From an uncultured virus (IMG/VR IMGVR_UViG_3300025132_000029) (Duplodnaviria; Heunggongvirae; Uroviricota; Caudoviricetes), in IMG/VR virus record IMGVR_UViG_3300025132_000029: DNA of 64,000 nt. The stretch is one strand, 5' to 3'. Below are positions 38,589 through 49,566 of the stretch, piece after piece (position 1 is the first letter of the stretch; every line of letters begins with the position of its first letter). The notes beneath the pieces are model-generated. The model saw only the letters and a list, made by a program, of their open reading frames with translations. It did not search any database and had not been told where the DNA came from. The translations under genes were made by a program, and so were the position numbers.

Positions 38589-41443
38589 TGCCAGTACCAA
38601 CTAATACAAATCTTAAAGCATGGTATGAATCAAATGGAACATCACTACATAATGTTTCAGGAACACCAACCGCACCAACTACTTATCAGTTAGATGGTCA
38701 AACCTATGGTGACATTCATGGAGAAAAAGGAGACACATCTCCAGGTACAGGTATTGAGGAAACAAATGTTGATAACACAAATACATCTGTAACTTCAAAT
38801 GAGTTTACACCACAGTTTGATAGTATTACAAAATATAAAGATGTACACGGTGAAAAATCTGATATAAATCCAGGAACAGGTATTGAAGAAACAAATTATA
38901 TTAATACTCAAACAAATGTTATATCATCAGAGTTTCTTCCACAATACAATCAGTTATTAAAATATTCTACTATTAATGGTGAATACATGGATCTTGACCC
39001 AGGTGTTGGTATTGATGCACATGACCAAAGCATAACAACAACAAACACATCAGACCCAGCATTTACACCACAGTTTGATGCATCAAGTAAATACAAAGAT
39101 GTTAATGGTGAATTTGGTGATACAAATGTTGGTGCAGGTATTGAGGCACATGACCAAAGTATAACAACAACAAACCAAGATGGAACTGATTATGGGTTTA
39201 CACAAATATATCAAATAGGTGGTGATAAATATCGTGACATACATGGACAATATATTGATATATCCCCAGATGAAGGTATTCAAGAAAGTGGAATAATAGG
39301 TGCAAACGACGGGATTGGTAGTACAGGTACAAATATATCAGGACTAGGAGCGGCTCAAACACCAAATACAATATGGGATAACGTTACAACATATAGCTCA
39401 GTAAATGGAACTTATGGCGACACACCAGCACCTGGTGATAGTATACTTTCAAGTGGACCAAACAACCCGTTTACTGGAAACTTAACACTTACAAATATAG
39501 TTTCTGAAAATACGTCACAGTTTTTTAATTTTTCGCCAGCATATGAACAAACTTCACAATATAATGCAACTGTACCTATTCGTGCAGGAAGCGATGTATC
39601 ACCACTAGCAGTAAAATCACAACAATCATCTACTGAAGGTGGAACGCTATATTTAACAAATCCAGGTACTGATAATGCATTATCATCAATGGACCATGTA
39701 AATTACTATAAAGGTACAAATCCAATATCAACATTTAGTAAAGAATTATTTGGCGCATCTGGTGGAAATAGATATGATGAAAAAGTTTTACTTGGTAGCA
39801 ATGACCCAGATAATAGCCCTCTTGCAAAATACGCAATGTTAGAGGAATCGGATAGTGCACTAAAAACACAATACTTAAAGTTTAATTTAAGAAAGGATTC
39901 TCCAAATAAATTTTCTTGGGGTGCAATAACAGACCAACCATATATTCTTAGAGGTATACAAAGAAGTGGTGGAGCTTTTCCTGATGGTGAGCCTGAACCA
40001 CAAACTTGGGGATTTGGATTAGCCGATGCAGACAAAGTTCCTGCAGGACTTGGTGATATAGCTGCACTTGTTGAAAGATTTGTATTTGATATTATAAGAG
40101 TTGGTAAATTTGCAATAAGTCCAAATGGTATATTTTGGTTAGATAAATTATTTGGAATACAGAGTTTATTACTATCAAGGTCTCTAGGTTCTAGGATAAC
40201 TAGAAAAGAAAATAATATGTTGGCTATGAGTGAAATTGAGGCTGAAGTAGATGACCCTTCTGGTGATATAATGGCAAAGGCAACAAAAAATGCAACATCA
40301 GATAGAACGCCAAATTGGCAAACCCTTACATACATGCAAATTCTTAAGGCAAGAATTAAAAGAAAGGGTGGTAAGTCAATACATGCAATTGACTTTAGGG
40401 CTATAAAAGGAATATTTGGTAGAACACGTGGACGTGACCCAGGATTAGGTAAAAACTTTTATATGAAAAATAGTTTAGAGGCAAAACTTGGATACCCAAA
40501 TTCTGGCCAGTTCAATGTTGATAGGACAAAACCATTTGCATTACATGATAATGATTATGTTGGAAATATACATGATAAAATAAACATGTTAATGACAGGT
40601 GATCAACCTGCTGAAGGTGCAGGACAATTGATTAAGTTTAACTTTCATGGAATCCAAGCAGCCACAAATGATGAAGGTACAGCGGCACCAGTATCAAAGC
40701 AAGTAGATGCAATGTATTTTCGTGAATCAATAACAGGATTGACTGATGCGTTTGTACCAACATATGTTCCTATAAATTATATTGGTCGTTCTAGTGGTGG
40801 AATGATATATCAAAATACTGTTAGAAATATTGGATTTAATTTTGAAGTATATGCAAATAGTAAAAATGAAATGGCACCTATGTGGAATAAATTAAACACA
40901 TTAGCTTCATATACATATCCACACTTTTTTAATTCAATTCCAAATGGACAAGGAATGCCTGGTGCACCAATTATGACATTAACAGTTGGTGATTTATATG
41001 TAGACTTGCCTGGCGTATTAACAACATTCAATATTACATTTCCAGATAATGCAATGTGGGATATATATGGTGGTGGAGTTGAACCTGAATATGAAAATAG
41101 AAAAGGTGTAAAGTTAACACCACTAAACAATGGCGATTACTGGCAACTTCCTAGACATGCATCTATCAATGTAGGCTTTGCAGTAATTAATCATGAATTT
41201 GAACAAGCTGGCAAAATGAATCTATTTGGTCCGCCTAGAACTGTCCAAGCAGACGGTTCAGTAGACCTTAAAACTGGATTGCCATATCTTAATAATAATT
41301 ATCCGGCATTTAAAGACCCTACTTACAATAGAGAAGTTGCAACTCCAGGAATGAACTTAATGAAAGACTTAGTTCCTGACTTAGATACTCAACAAGATCC
41401 AGGACAAGATGATGATAGTGTAATTGGTGGACTTGCAGGATAG
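38588..41443 (+). CDS. Baseplate/tail-tube initiator-like protein with N-terminal 43-aa repeats
   Basis: C-terminal YIGRS...YQNTVRNIGFNF...LTVGDLY tube-initiator-like domain; follows the tape measure gene. Confidence 0.65.
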   Translation: MPVPTNTNLKAWYESNGTSLHNVSGTPTAPTTYQLDGQTYGDIHGEKGDTSPGTGIEETNVDNTNTSVTSNEFTPQFDSITKYKDVHGEKSDINPGTGIEETNYINTQTNVISSEFLPQYNQLLKYSTINGEYMDLDPGVGIDAHDQSITTTNTSDPAFTPQFDASSKYKDVNGEFGDTNVGAGIEAHDQSITTTNQDGTDYGFTQIYQIGGDKYRDIHGQYIDISPDEGIQESGIIGANDGIGSTGTNISGLGAAQTPNTIWDNVTTYSSVNGTYGDTPAPGDSILSSGPNNPFTGNLTLTNIVSENTSQFFNFSPAYEQTSQYNATVPIRAGSDVSPLAVKSQQSSTEGGTLYLTNPGTDNALSSMDHVNYYKGTNPISTFSKELFGASGGNRYDEKVLLGSNDPDNSPLAKYAMLEESDSALKTQYLKFNLRKDSPNKFSWGAITDQPYILRGIQRSGGAFPDGEPEPQTWGFGLADADKVPAGLGDIAALVERFVFDIIRVGKFAISPNGIFWLDKLFGIQSLLLSRSLGSRITRKENNMLAMSEIEAEVDDPSGDIMAKATKNATSDRTPNWQTLTYMQILKARIKRKGGKSIHAIDFRAIKGIFGRTRGRDPGLGKNFYMKNSLEAKLGYPNSGQFNVDRTKPFALHDNDYVGNIHDKINMLMTGDQPAEGAGQLIKFNFHGIQAATNDEGTAAPVSKQVDAMYFRESITGLTDAFVPTYVPINYIGRSSGGMIYQNTVRNIGFNFEVYANSKNEMAPMWNKLNTLASYTYPHFFNSIPNGQGMPGAPIMTLTVGDLYVDLPGVLTTFNITFPDNAMWDIYGGGVEPEYENRKGVKLTPLNNGDYWQLPRHASINVGFAVINHEFEQAGKMNLFGPPRTVQADGSVDLKTGLPYLNNNYPAFKDPTYNREVATPGMNLMKDLVPDLDTQQDPGQDDDSVIGGLAG

Positions 41444-41454
41444 GAGGATAGATA

Positions 41455-41754
41455 ATGAATAGAGGACAATTTACAAATAAACATATTAAAGATGGAAAGA
41501 TGAGGTATAATCAAACACTATTGTCAACTATACCTAAAAATCCAAATGATATTTATGTCATTACAGTTGTTGGAGATAGACTAGATTTAATATCTAATAC
41601 ATATTATGGTTCACCTAATTTTTGGTGGATTATTGCAGCAGCAAATAATGTTGGACTTGGAACAACTGCTGTTGCTGGAGGAATACAATTAAGAATACCT
41701 GCGGAGACAGGTGCATTAGCTACATTAATGGAAAGATTACAACAAAGAGGATAA
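41455..41754 (+). CDS. LysM-like baseplate wedge protein (gp53/tail X-like)
   Basis: GDRLDLISNTYYGSPNFWWIIAAAN...LRIP. Confidence 0.85.
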   Translation: MNRGQFTNKHIKDGKMRYNQTLLSTIPKNPNDIYVITVVGDRLDLISNTYYGSPNFWWIIAAANNVGLGTTAVAGGIQLRIPAETGALATLMERLQQRG

Positions 41755-41761
41755 ATAAGTT

Positions 41762-44701
41762 ATGTCATGGAGAGGAATATTTTTAGACCCAATAGATCCT
41801 AATATACAGGAAAGATTAAACGCTAGGCAATATCAACTATCAAAGGGTTCACATGCATCATTTGGAAAATCAAGGGATAAAGATTCATTACAAGTTAGTG
41901 GTGATACTTTTTTCAATAAACCAGGAGGAGCTTTACATGCAGGTTTAACAGAACCAATTGGTAAAACTGCATGGGTAAAAATGTTATCAAATGCAGTCAT
42001 ATCAGATGATGTGTTATACAATGGCCAAAAGCATGCAGCTGATAGTGATTTTGTCAAAAATATGAGACTTAACTTTCAACTATATGGTGGACAGATTGAT
42101 GCAACTGCAAAGGGTAATACTCCACAGCAATTCAAAATGACTTCACCAAGTAAATTATGGTATAGGCCTGGACCACAATTTAGAAACACGCCAGCACCTG
42201 GTATAACTAGAGTATCAATTGACCAGTCAGGTATGATGGGTTCTATACGAAAGGCAAAAATAGATTTTACAGTATTTACTGAAAATGATTTGCATCTCTA
42301 TCAAATGTTATATATGACACCTGGAATTAGTGTTGTATTAGAATGGGGATGGTCACACTATAAGGGAACATTTTTACCTGAATGTGAAAGTCAAGATGAA
42401 TATGTTACTGCAATTCGTGATAGAAGTTTAGGTAGTGGTGAAAGTACAGACCCAGAGCAAGCAGGTTTATATGATGGAATGCTTGGTGTAATTAGTAATT
42501 TTCAATACACAGTTAGACAAGATTCTGGTTATGATTGCCAAGTGGATTTAATGAGTCCTAATTCATTTGTTGTAGATGCACCACTAAAAAAGAATAATTT
42601 AGGTTTTACAATTACGCCAAAAAATGGAGATGAAGGAAGTGCTGAACCATTATCTGATATTAAAGCTATACGTGCATACTTAGAAGGTGAAAGTCTAACC
42701 GATGATGGTGAAATTGGAAATCCTGCTATACAGGGTAATGCATTAAAGAAAGGATTAAGTGATAGTTCAACTAGAGCATGGATGAAAAAAAATCTAAATT
42801 TAGGTGAAAGGGAAACTTGGTTAAAGTATAACATTAAAGGAAAATCAAAAGATGTCATTAATTGTAAAGTTTGTTTTGCAGCAGAGGACGAACCAGGTGT
42901 ATATTCAATACCCCAAATTAAGTTAAGAAAAGACCAACCTAATAAGTTTGGTGGTAAAATTGGAGAATACTTTGCATGTTATAATACAAAGTCAACAAAA
43001 GACCCACATATTTATTCATTTCAAACAATGATTGGTAAAGAACTTGACATGAAAGCTACATATGTAAGCTGGAGATTTATTGAAGATGTTTTATGTAGAG
43101 TGTTAGCATGGGAAATGAATGATTTACAAGATGGTGGTAATGCTGACAACTTTTTTGTACTTAGTGCAACACAAAGATATAAACGTGCAGCCTCTGGAAA
43201 GAGTAAAGATACTGGTGAAACTATGACTGTTGATGCAAAGTATGGTCAATGGATACCAAATATGTTTACTTGGAGAGTAGGTAAAGACATTAAAGAAACT
43301 ACAACATATGATGATGAAACTGGTGAACCTATTACACCAGAAGATAAAGCTGACCCATTAGAACCAATGAGTGCTGACCCAACATTATGTATCTGGCCAG
43401 GGCAGTATGAAAATTGGGCTGCATACAAACCATTTCTTGAAAAATACCACGCTGCTAAAATGGAAGCTTCTGAAGAGGCTAAAGATAAGCAGCCAACATT
43501 TGATGATGCATACCGAAAGAGATTATTATTTGTACCTGGACAGTTAAAGAATACAAGTAATGCACTTTGGCAATCAAGTAAAAAAATAAATGTATCTATT
43601 CACAAAGCAGGAAATGCTAAAATTAAAGGGTTAGGTAAGATTTATGGTAAAAAGGCAACAATGGTTCCATTAAGAAATATTTATGTAAATTTTGATTTAG
43701 TAGAAGATGTATTAAGAACACTTACAAGTGAACCAAATAGAAACAACATTAAAGATTTTCTATTGACACTCTGTGAAAATGTAAATAGTTGTTTTGGCAA
43801 TCAGTGGGACCCAGTTATTGTTGACAATCCAAACACTCCAGGTATTGAAATTCGAGATATGAATGTTCAAAACTCTCTTGCACTATCAAGTTGGATGTCA
43901 AACTCAGATAATAATTGGGAAACAGTTTCTGCCGATGCAAATAAACCAGCAGCCTTTGATGAAAATGCTGAGGAACAGATGTTGGCTAATGAATATGGTA
44001 GAAAAAATATTGATACTTCTGGTACGCATTTACAATTTGCATATGATTTTGGTGCACTAACAAAATATTCACTTGTTAGAAATGTTACTATGACATCAAA
44101 AATACCAAGTGGTTTACAAGCAATGATGTTTATTGGTGCAACATCAGCACTTAAAGATGATGACGATGCTGGTGGTCAAAGTTCAGGTGCAGAGTTTGCT
44201 GTTCAGTCTGCAAGAATACAAGATAGGCTATATGCATCTGAAACTGCAAGGAGAGATGATAAAGATGAACCAACAATGACTGCTGATGAAACATGGATGA
44301 TTTCAATGTGGAATGCTTATGGTGAATATACAACTAATGCATTTGAAATGGCAAAAGATGGTTTAGATAATGTTGTTGAAAAAACAGAAAAAAAATTAAT
44401 TACTGGTGGTTATGTACAAGCAGCACGGATGATAGAGATAAGTGCAACAGGTGATGATTCAGCAGGTGCAACTGAAGAAGATGACTATTCTCCACTACTT
44501 CCATTTAATGTTGGATTTACTACAGACGGTATTGCTGGAATATACATGGGTAATGCATTTGCACTTCCAGATGTTTTACCTAGAAGACATGCAAGGGCTG
44601 CATTGTTTATGGTTACAAAGGTTGGCCATACAATACAAGGTGGTGATTGGGAAACAACAATTGATGGCATGATGAGATTGTCAAAACAGGCTGGAAAATA
44701 A
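41762..44701 (+). CDS. Probable baseplate hub protein
   Basis: 979 aa; PAPGITRV, PGISVVLEWGW, FMVTKVGHTI.GGDWETTI; synteny. Confidence 0.6.
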   Translation: MSWRGIFLDPIDPNIQERLNARQYQLSKGSHASFGKSRDKDSLQVSGDTFFNKPGGALHAGLTEPIGKTAWVKMLSNAVISDDVLYNGQKHAADSDFVKNMRLNFQLYGGQIDATAKGNTPQQFKMTSPSKLWYRPGPQFRNTPAPGITRVSIDQSGMMGSIRKAKIDFTVFTENDLHLYQMLYMTPGISVVLEWGWSHYKGTFLPECESQDEYVTAIRDRSLGSGESTDPEQAGLYDGMLGVISNFQYTVRQDSGYDCQVDLMSPNSFVVDAPLKKNNLGFTITPKNGDEGSAEPLSDIKAIRAYLEGESLTDDGEIGNPAIQGNALKKGLSDSSTRAWMKKNLNLGERETWLKYNIKGKSKDVINCKVCFAAEDEPGVYSIPQIKLRKDQPNKFGGKIGEYFACYNTKSTKDPHIYSFQTMIGKELDMKATYVSWRFIEDVLCRVLAWEMNDLQDGGNADNFFVLSATQRYKRAASGKSKDTGETMTVDAKYGQWIPNMFTWRVGKDIKETTTYDDETGEPITPEDKADPLEPMSADPTLCIWPGQYENWAAYKPFLEKYHAAKMEASEEAKDKQPTFDDAYRKRLLFVPGQLKNTSNALWQSSKKINVSIHKAGNAKIKGLGKIYGKKATMVPLRNIYVNFDLVEDVLRTLTSEPNRNNIKDFLLTLCENVNSCFGNQWDPVIVDNPNTPGIEIRDMNVQNSLALSSWMSNSDNNWETVSADANKPAAFDENAEEQMLANEYGRKNIDTSGTHLQFAYDFGALTKYSLVRNVTMTSKIPSGLQAMMFIGATSALKDDDDAGGQSSGAEFAVQSARIQDRLYASETARRDDKDEPTMTADETWMISMWNAYGEYTTNAFEMAKDGLDNVVEKTEKKLITGGYVQAARMIEISATGDDSAGATEEDDYSPLLPFNVGFTTDGIAGIYMGNAFALPDVLPRRHARAALFMVTKVGHTIQGGDWETTIDGMMRLSKQAGK

Positions 44702-44703
44702 TT

Positions 44704-45267
44704 ATGAGTGATGGTATACAAAAAGCATTATATACTGCAGGTGGTGAATATATACTAAATGGTAAGGACTATATTGGTTATTATCATGTACACCCTGATT
44801 TAGGTGCAATGGTTGGAAAGGTTCATACTCCAAAAATACCACATGAAAGATTAATTGGAATTGATGAAAACCCAATTTTATCAGGATATAGGTCTGCATA
44901 TGTTGATGGTGAAGCTCTTGAAACGGCACAAACAACAAAGCTACCATTTACATATATTCCTAGACCTTCTACAGAAGATTATAAAAATGGTTATATAACT
45001 CGATATTTTATTGCAAAGAGAAATGATTGGAATCAAATATTTGAAACATCAGAAAAAGAATTTCCAAAAAAATTGGCAGGTCTTTCAGATGGCCTTTGGG
45101 AAGATCTTGAATTAGATTGGCATATAACAGATAATTTAGAACAAGAGAGTTCAATACAATATAATATAAGTACTGAATTTAAGAATGACCAAATTGTTAA
45201 AGAAGCTAGTAAAATAATACCAACAGTTGAAAATTACTTGAAAGATTTAACACAGTTCAGTACTTAA
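44704..45267 (+). CDS. Hypothetical baseplate-region protein
   Basis: 187 aa, last gene of the tail operon. Confidence 0.65.
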   Translation: MSDGIQKALYTAGGEYILNGKDYIGYYHVHPDLGAMVGKVHTPKIPHERLIGIDENPILSGYRSAYVDGEALETAQTTKLPFTYIPRPSTEDYKNGYITRYFIAKRNDWNQIFETSEKEFPKKLAGLSDGLWEDLELDWHITDNLEQESSIQYNISTEFKNDQIVKEASKIIPTVENYLKDLTQFST

Positions 45268-45300
45268 TAATTTTTTATTGTCAATTATTTTAGTTATATT
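45266..45300 (+). promoter_or_regulatory. Putative early/middle (class-2) promoter
   Basis: AATAATTTTTTATTGTCAATTATTTTAGTTATATT. Confidence 0.65.
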
Positions 45301-45315
45301 AAAACAAAATTAGTT

Positions 45316-46656
45316 ATGATTATAGAAACTCAACAGAATTTCTCACACATTTGTGAAAAGATACAGAATAATGATAGTATTGTTATTCCTGTACTATCTG
45401 ACATAACAAAGCATTCATTAAACAATAGAGTTCACTTAGTTTATATACATACGCTAATTGATAGTAAAGATTATATGATACCTTTTACTGGTGAAGATTC
45501 CCTTTTGAATTTTGATATAGATTTATTTGATTTATCTGGTGATGCAAAAACCTATGTTTTTGATAGTAAAATCATCTATAATCTATTTCAGTGCAAAAAC
45601 ATAAAGGATGTTAACTTGATTAATTATTTTGTTAATAACTCTTCATTAGATGTGTCCAAATGCGTTACTAGTGCGCATATTTACTATCAAAGTAAGTACT
45701 GGAAGTATAGAAATATTAATGAGTATATTCCTATATTAAAGCATTATGAAATGTGTAAAAACATAAAGGACTTAATGTTACCATTTATTAAAAATGATGA
45801 TAGTTTACAATATACTGAGTATACAAATCTAATACAAAATTTTTCAACAATAGAAAAAAATGGATTACATATAGATTCAACTAGTTTTGAAAAAACATTT
45901 AAGGGTGGTGATTCATATAATGTTTGTAATGATAAAATATTTACCGAGTACAATATTTATACAACAACTGGTAGACCAAGTAATAGGCATGGTGGAATAA
46001 ACTTTGCTGCACTAAATAAAGATGATAATACGAGAAGTATTTTTACAAGTAGATATGAAAATGGAAAATTAATAGAGTTTGATTTTGATGCATATCATCT
46101 AAGACTTATAGCAGATATAATTGGATATGAATTTCCAGATAGTTCTGTACACAAATATTTAGCTAGGCAATACTTTAAGAAAGACAATGTATCAGATGAT
46201 GAATATAAAAAGTCAAAGGAAATGTCATTTAGGGTATTATATGGTGGTGTACCTGATAACTTAAGTGGAATTGAATATTTTAATATGATAAGAAAATTCA
46301 TAAACATTCTATGGGATGATTATAAAAGAAATGGTTATATTGAAACTCCAATATTCAATAGAAGATTATATTCAAATAACTATGAAGACATAAACAAGAA
46401 TAAGTTGTTTAATTATTATGTACAAGCAACTGAAACTGAAAATAATTCTAAGGTAATTACTAAACTGTTAGATTTGCAAAAATCAAATAATGTTAATTTA
46501 ATTTTGTCAACATATGATTCTTTTTTATTTGATTGTGAAAATATAGATGAAAAATTAATTAATGATATGAAACAGTGTTTTAACCACCCGGTTAGTATAA
46601 ATTATGGTAAAACATACCAAGATATGAAAAACTTCACATCTGAGGTTATAAGTTGA
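45316..46656 (+). CDS. Short, divergent family A DNA polymerase-like protein
   Basis: TTTGRPS, motif A-like DFDAYHLRL, motif B-like K.MSF..LYG, NYYVQATE, motif C-like YDSFLFD. Confidence 0.8.
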   Translation: MIIETQQNFSHICEKIQNNDSIVIPVLSDITKHSLNNRVHLVYIHTLIDSKDYMIPFTGEDSLLNFDIDLFDLSGDAKTYVFDSKIIYNLFQCKNIKDVNLINYFVNNSSLDVSKCVTSAHIYYQSKYWKYRNINEYIPILKHYEMCKNIKDLMLPFIKNDDSLQYTEYTNLIQNFSTIEKNGLHIDSTSFEKTFKGGDSYNVCNDKIFTEYNIYTTTGRPSNRHGGINFAALNKDDNTRSIFTSRYENGKLIEFDFDAYHLRLIADIIGYEFPDSSVHKYLARQYFKKDNVSDDEYKKSKEMSFRVLYGGVPDNLSGIEYFNMIRKFINILWDDYKRNGYIETPIFNRRLYSNNYEDINKNKLFNYYVQATETENNSKVITKLLDLQKSNNVNLILSTYDSFLFDCENIDEKLINDMKQCFNHPVSINYGKTYQDMKNFTSEVIS

Positions 46657-46663
46657 TATTTAT
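46656..46663 (+). promoter_or_regulatory. Putative late promoter motif inside the replication region
   Basis: GATATTTATA upstream of the 684-aa ORF. Confidence 0.55.
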
Positions 46664-46681
46664 ATTGTAAAGGAATAGCTT

Positions 46682-48736
46682 ATGAACATAGATAGTATAG
46701 TTAGAGATTGGGCTTATAAGGTAAATGACGGTTGCCCAGACCCAAAGAACAGAAATCATTTTCAAATATTGGAAGATGTATTAAAGTCCCAAGGATATTC
46801 GCCTGACTTTATTTCTAGCTATCTGTCAAATGTTGTAGACCCAAACAAACCAATTAAAGAATTTCAAAAACGCTGTGTAGATATTGGAAAAATTCTTGCA
46901 GAAGAAAAGTTATTAACTGAAGCTTCTGTTTGGGACAAACCAGTTGGAACTGAATTAATATCTGTGACAAATACAGATTCACTATTTACAGCTGCAGGTG
47001 AAACTCCACCAAAAGGTCCATTTTTTGTTCAGTCAAAAACTAGTGATGCAAAAGAATTAAATATTGGTGGTGCAGCTGATTACACTGTTTATATTAAAGC
47101 GAGTGATAATGGAATAACATATGCAATTACTGGATCAAAATCTAAGCTTAAGAAAATGTTTGGAAATGTTGGAAAAGGTAAAAGCGGAGGTGATGTAACT
47201 TGGAATGAAACCACTTTAGAATCTGCTGCATGTGCTGGTCTATATTTTGATGCAATAAAACACCACAATAAATTAACATCAGGTAATGCAACAGATGCAG
47301 ACCAACAAGCTGCAATTTCTGCATTTGAAAGTTCATTAAGATCTGAATCTGCTGGTGCATCTGGGCTTAAGGGAAAACTTAACGCATTACCAGATTTACT
47401 TGTTGCTTTAGAATTGGCCATTGGTGTACAAAAATTTGCAACTGCTCATGGTTGTACAGGTTGGAATTTTATTCACAAAAGTATAGGAAAGTATTACTCA
47501 GCTGGTGAACAAAATGATAATTTAGACAAAAAAGGTTTTAAGGACAATACTGCTGACACAATAATAACAAAATCGCCAGCAGCTACTCTTATTGCCAATA
47601 TTGCAAAAGATAAAGTTTCATTTGATAGTTCAGGTAAATGTACAACAGAATCAGGTGATGAGTTTTATCAGATAAGTAATAAAAAGTCAGATGGAGGTGC
47701 ACAGTTAGGTAGAATAGTAAAGAGCTTTAGGGATATGTATGGTACAAAATCACCAAATGATACTTGGAGACTTCAACTGACAAAGGAATTTATAGAATAT
47801 GGAAATAGTGAATTTTTACTAAATGAAGGTTTAAGTGACTATTTCAAACAAGGGCTAAAATATATTAAGGATAAATTCATTTCAGCATTTTCTAAAATAA
47901 AGAGTAAAGTATCTTCATTTAGTAAAACAATGGTAAAGAGTTTATCAGTAAAGAAAACAAAACCATCATCAAGCCTAGATAAGTTTATGAGGTCAAGATT
48001 TAAGACCGCATCAAAACAACTTAAAGAAGCAAAATCACAGCCTAAAAAATATAGTTATTCTGGGTATGCACAATTATGTGGTCAGTTGGCCATGCAAGGA
48101 AACATGACAGAATTAAAGAGCTTACATAGTAAAGCAACTGGTGAATGGTTAATATTAAAAAAATTATTGGATATTCCAAATGACGGAATAGATGGCACAA
48201 AACAATCTGAAGGTCCAGTACTTACAAAACCAAAAAATGAAAATGATGGTGCAAAATATGCACTTAAACTAATGATAAATTTTATGGCATATGAACATTT
48301 AACTGCCATGTTAAGAAGTAAAGGTGGAAACGTAAAAGAGGTTTCAACTGTTCTTAAAGAATTTGTTGAATTGGAAAAAGAAATGTATTTCGGTAGAACA
48401 GAATTACCTTTATTCAAGGTATATGGCGTTCCACCTAGCGGCAAAGCATACCAATACCTAAAAAGTGGAAAAGAATTTAGGGAAGATAGGTTAAAAGCAA
48501 TGGATATGCAAGATGCTGTAAAGGATGGAAAGTACATACCAGGTGTAGTTGTTGATTCAAAAGTTCAGAAAGGAAAAGGCCACACTTCTGTTAAAATGTG
48601 GATATTACATTCCATATCTGAAAGTGGCACACAATACACTCAAGTTGATTTACGTTCAGGAAGTGAAGACACATTATCATTCTCAGTATCAGGTGGAAGT
48701 ATAAAACCAGGAAGATTGGTATTAGGGAAGATATGA
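46682..48736 (+). CDS. Hypothetical protein, possible internal head protein
   Basis: 684 aa; late-type motif upstream; LLTE, LLNE, QLKE motifs. Confidence 0.6.
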   Translation: MNIDSIVRDWAYKVNDGCPDPKNRNHFQILEDVLKSQGYSPDFISSYLSNVVDPNKPIKEFQKRCVDIGKILAEEKLLTEASVWDKPVGTELISVTNTDSLFTAAGETPPKGPFFVQSKTSDAKELNIGGAADYTVYIKASDNGITYAITGSKSKLKKMFGNVGKGKSGGDVTWNETTLESAACAGLYFDAIKHHNKLTSGNATDADQQAAISAFESSLRSESAGASGLKGKLNALPDLLVALELAIGVQKFATAHGCTGWNFIHKSIGKYYSAGEQNDNLDKKGFKDNTADTIITKSPAATLIANIAKDKVSFDSSGKCTTESGDEFYQISNKKSDGGAQLGRIVKSFRDMYGTKSPNDTWRLQLTKEFIEYGNSEFLLNEGLSDYFKQGLKYIKDKFISAFSKIKSKVSSFSKTMVKSLSVKKTKPSSSLDKFMRSRFKTASKQLKEAKSQPKKYSYSGYAQLCGQLAMQGNMTELKSLHSKATGEWLILKKLLDIPNDGIDGTKQSEGPVLTKPKNENDGAKYALKLMINFMAYEHLTAMLRSKGGNVKEVSTVLKEFVELEKEMYFGRTELPLFKVYGVPPSGKAYQYLKSGKEFREDRLKAMDMQDAVKDGKYIPGVVVDSKVQKGKGHTSVKMWILHSISESGTQYTQVDLRSGSEDTLSFSVSGGSIKPGRLVLGKI

Positions 48737-49137
48737 TGAAAACACAATTATTATGCACATTTTCAGTAAGAAAGGGTTATCATAAAACAATTGATATAAT
48801 TGTTGATACATATGATGTACTATATAATAAGATATTTATTTTGGAAAATGTTGGTGATGATAGGGAAGTAATGTGTACATATAATGTTGAACAAGGTGAA
48901 GATTCACAAATATTAGAAAATACAATATCATTACATAGAAAAAAGCAAACAAATACACTATATACTATTAATGCACTAAATAAATTAATTCAGTCTGTCA
49001 ATAATGGTGTATTAGATACGTCATATCAAGTAGAATGGGACAACTATAGAAACTCATTATTAACTACAGCTGATAATGAACTTAAAAGAATAGATACAAA
49101 AGTTCTTGATATTGTGCATATAAAAATTAAAAATTGA
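48733..49137 (+). CDS. Hypothetical protein
   Basis: 134 aa, coupled to the upstream ORF. Confidence 0.7.
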   Translation: MMKTQLLCTFSVRKGYHKTIDIIVDTYDVLYNKIFILENVGDDREVMCTYNVEQGEDSQILENTISLHRKKQTNTLYTINALNKLIQSVNNGVLDTSYQVEWDNYRNSLLTTADNELKRIDTKVLDIVHIKIKN

Positions 49138-49148
49138 TATTTATAGTA

Positions 49149-49183
49149 AATAATTTTTTATTGTCAAATAAATTTAGTATATT
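49149..49183 (+). promoter_or_regulatory. Putative class-2 promoter, preceded by a late motif at 49137
   Basis: AATAATTTTTTATTGTCAAATAAATTTAGTATATT. Confidence 0.65.
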
Positions 49184-49221
49184 ACAAATTAATAATTAAA
49201 AACTACAAAACTAAAAAGTTT

Positions 49222-49566
49222 ATGGGTAAATTAACCTTAGCGGTCCTGCTATTCTTAATAGGACAATCAATAATCTGGTTTCAGACCAACGGCCAATTCC
49301 TTTGGAAATGGTTCGACAAAAATCCAATAATTTTATCAATAGGACTAGGAAGTATAATTTCTTATGTCTTTATTTTAGCAACAAAATATTCTTTTGAGTA
49401 TTTTGATGGATTGTTATGGCCTGGTAGATTTTTAGGTTTTGCTTTGGGAATTAGTTCATATGCTTTATTGACTTGGTGGTTTATGGGTGAAGGTATTACA
49501 GCTAAAACATTTGTATCACTAATATTGGCAGGATTAATTATAGGAGTGCAAATTTTTTGGAAATAA
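49222..49566 (+). CDS. Small four-helix membrane protein (SMR/DMT-like)
   Basis: Four hydrophobic segments; WWFMGEGIT.K loop before the last helix. Confidence 0.65.
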   Translation: MGKLTLAVLLFLIGQSIIWFQTNGQFLWKWFDKNPIILSIGLGSIISYVFILATKYSFEYFDGLLWPGRFLGFALGISSYALLTWWFMGEGITAKTFVSLILAGLIIGVQIFWK

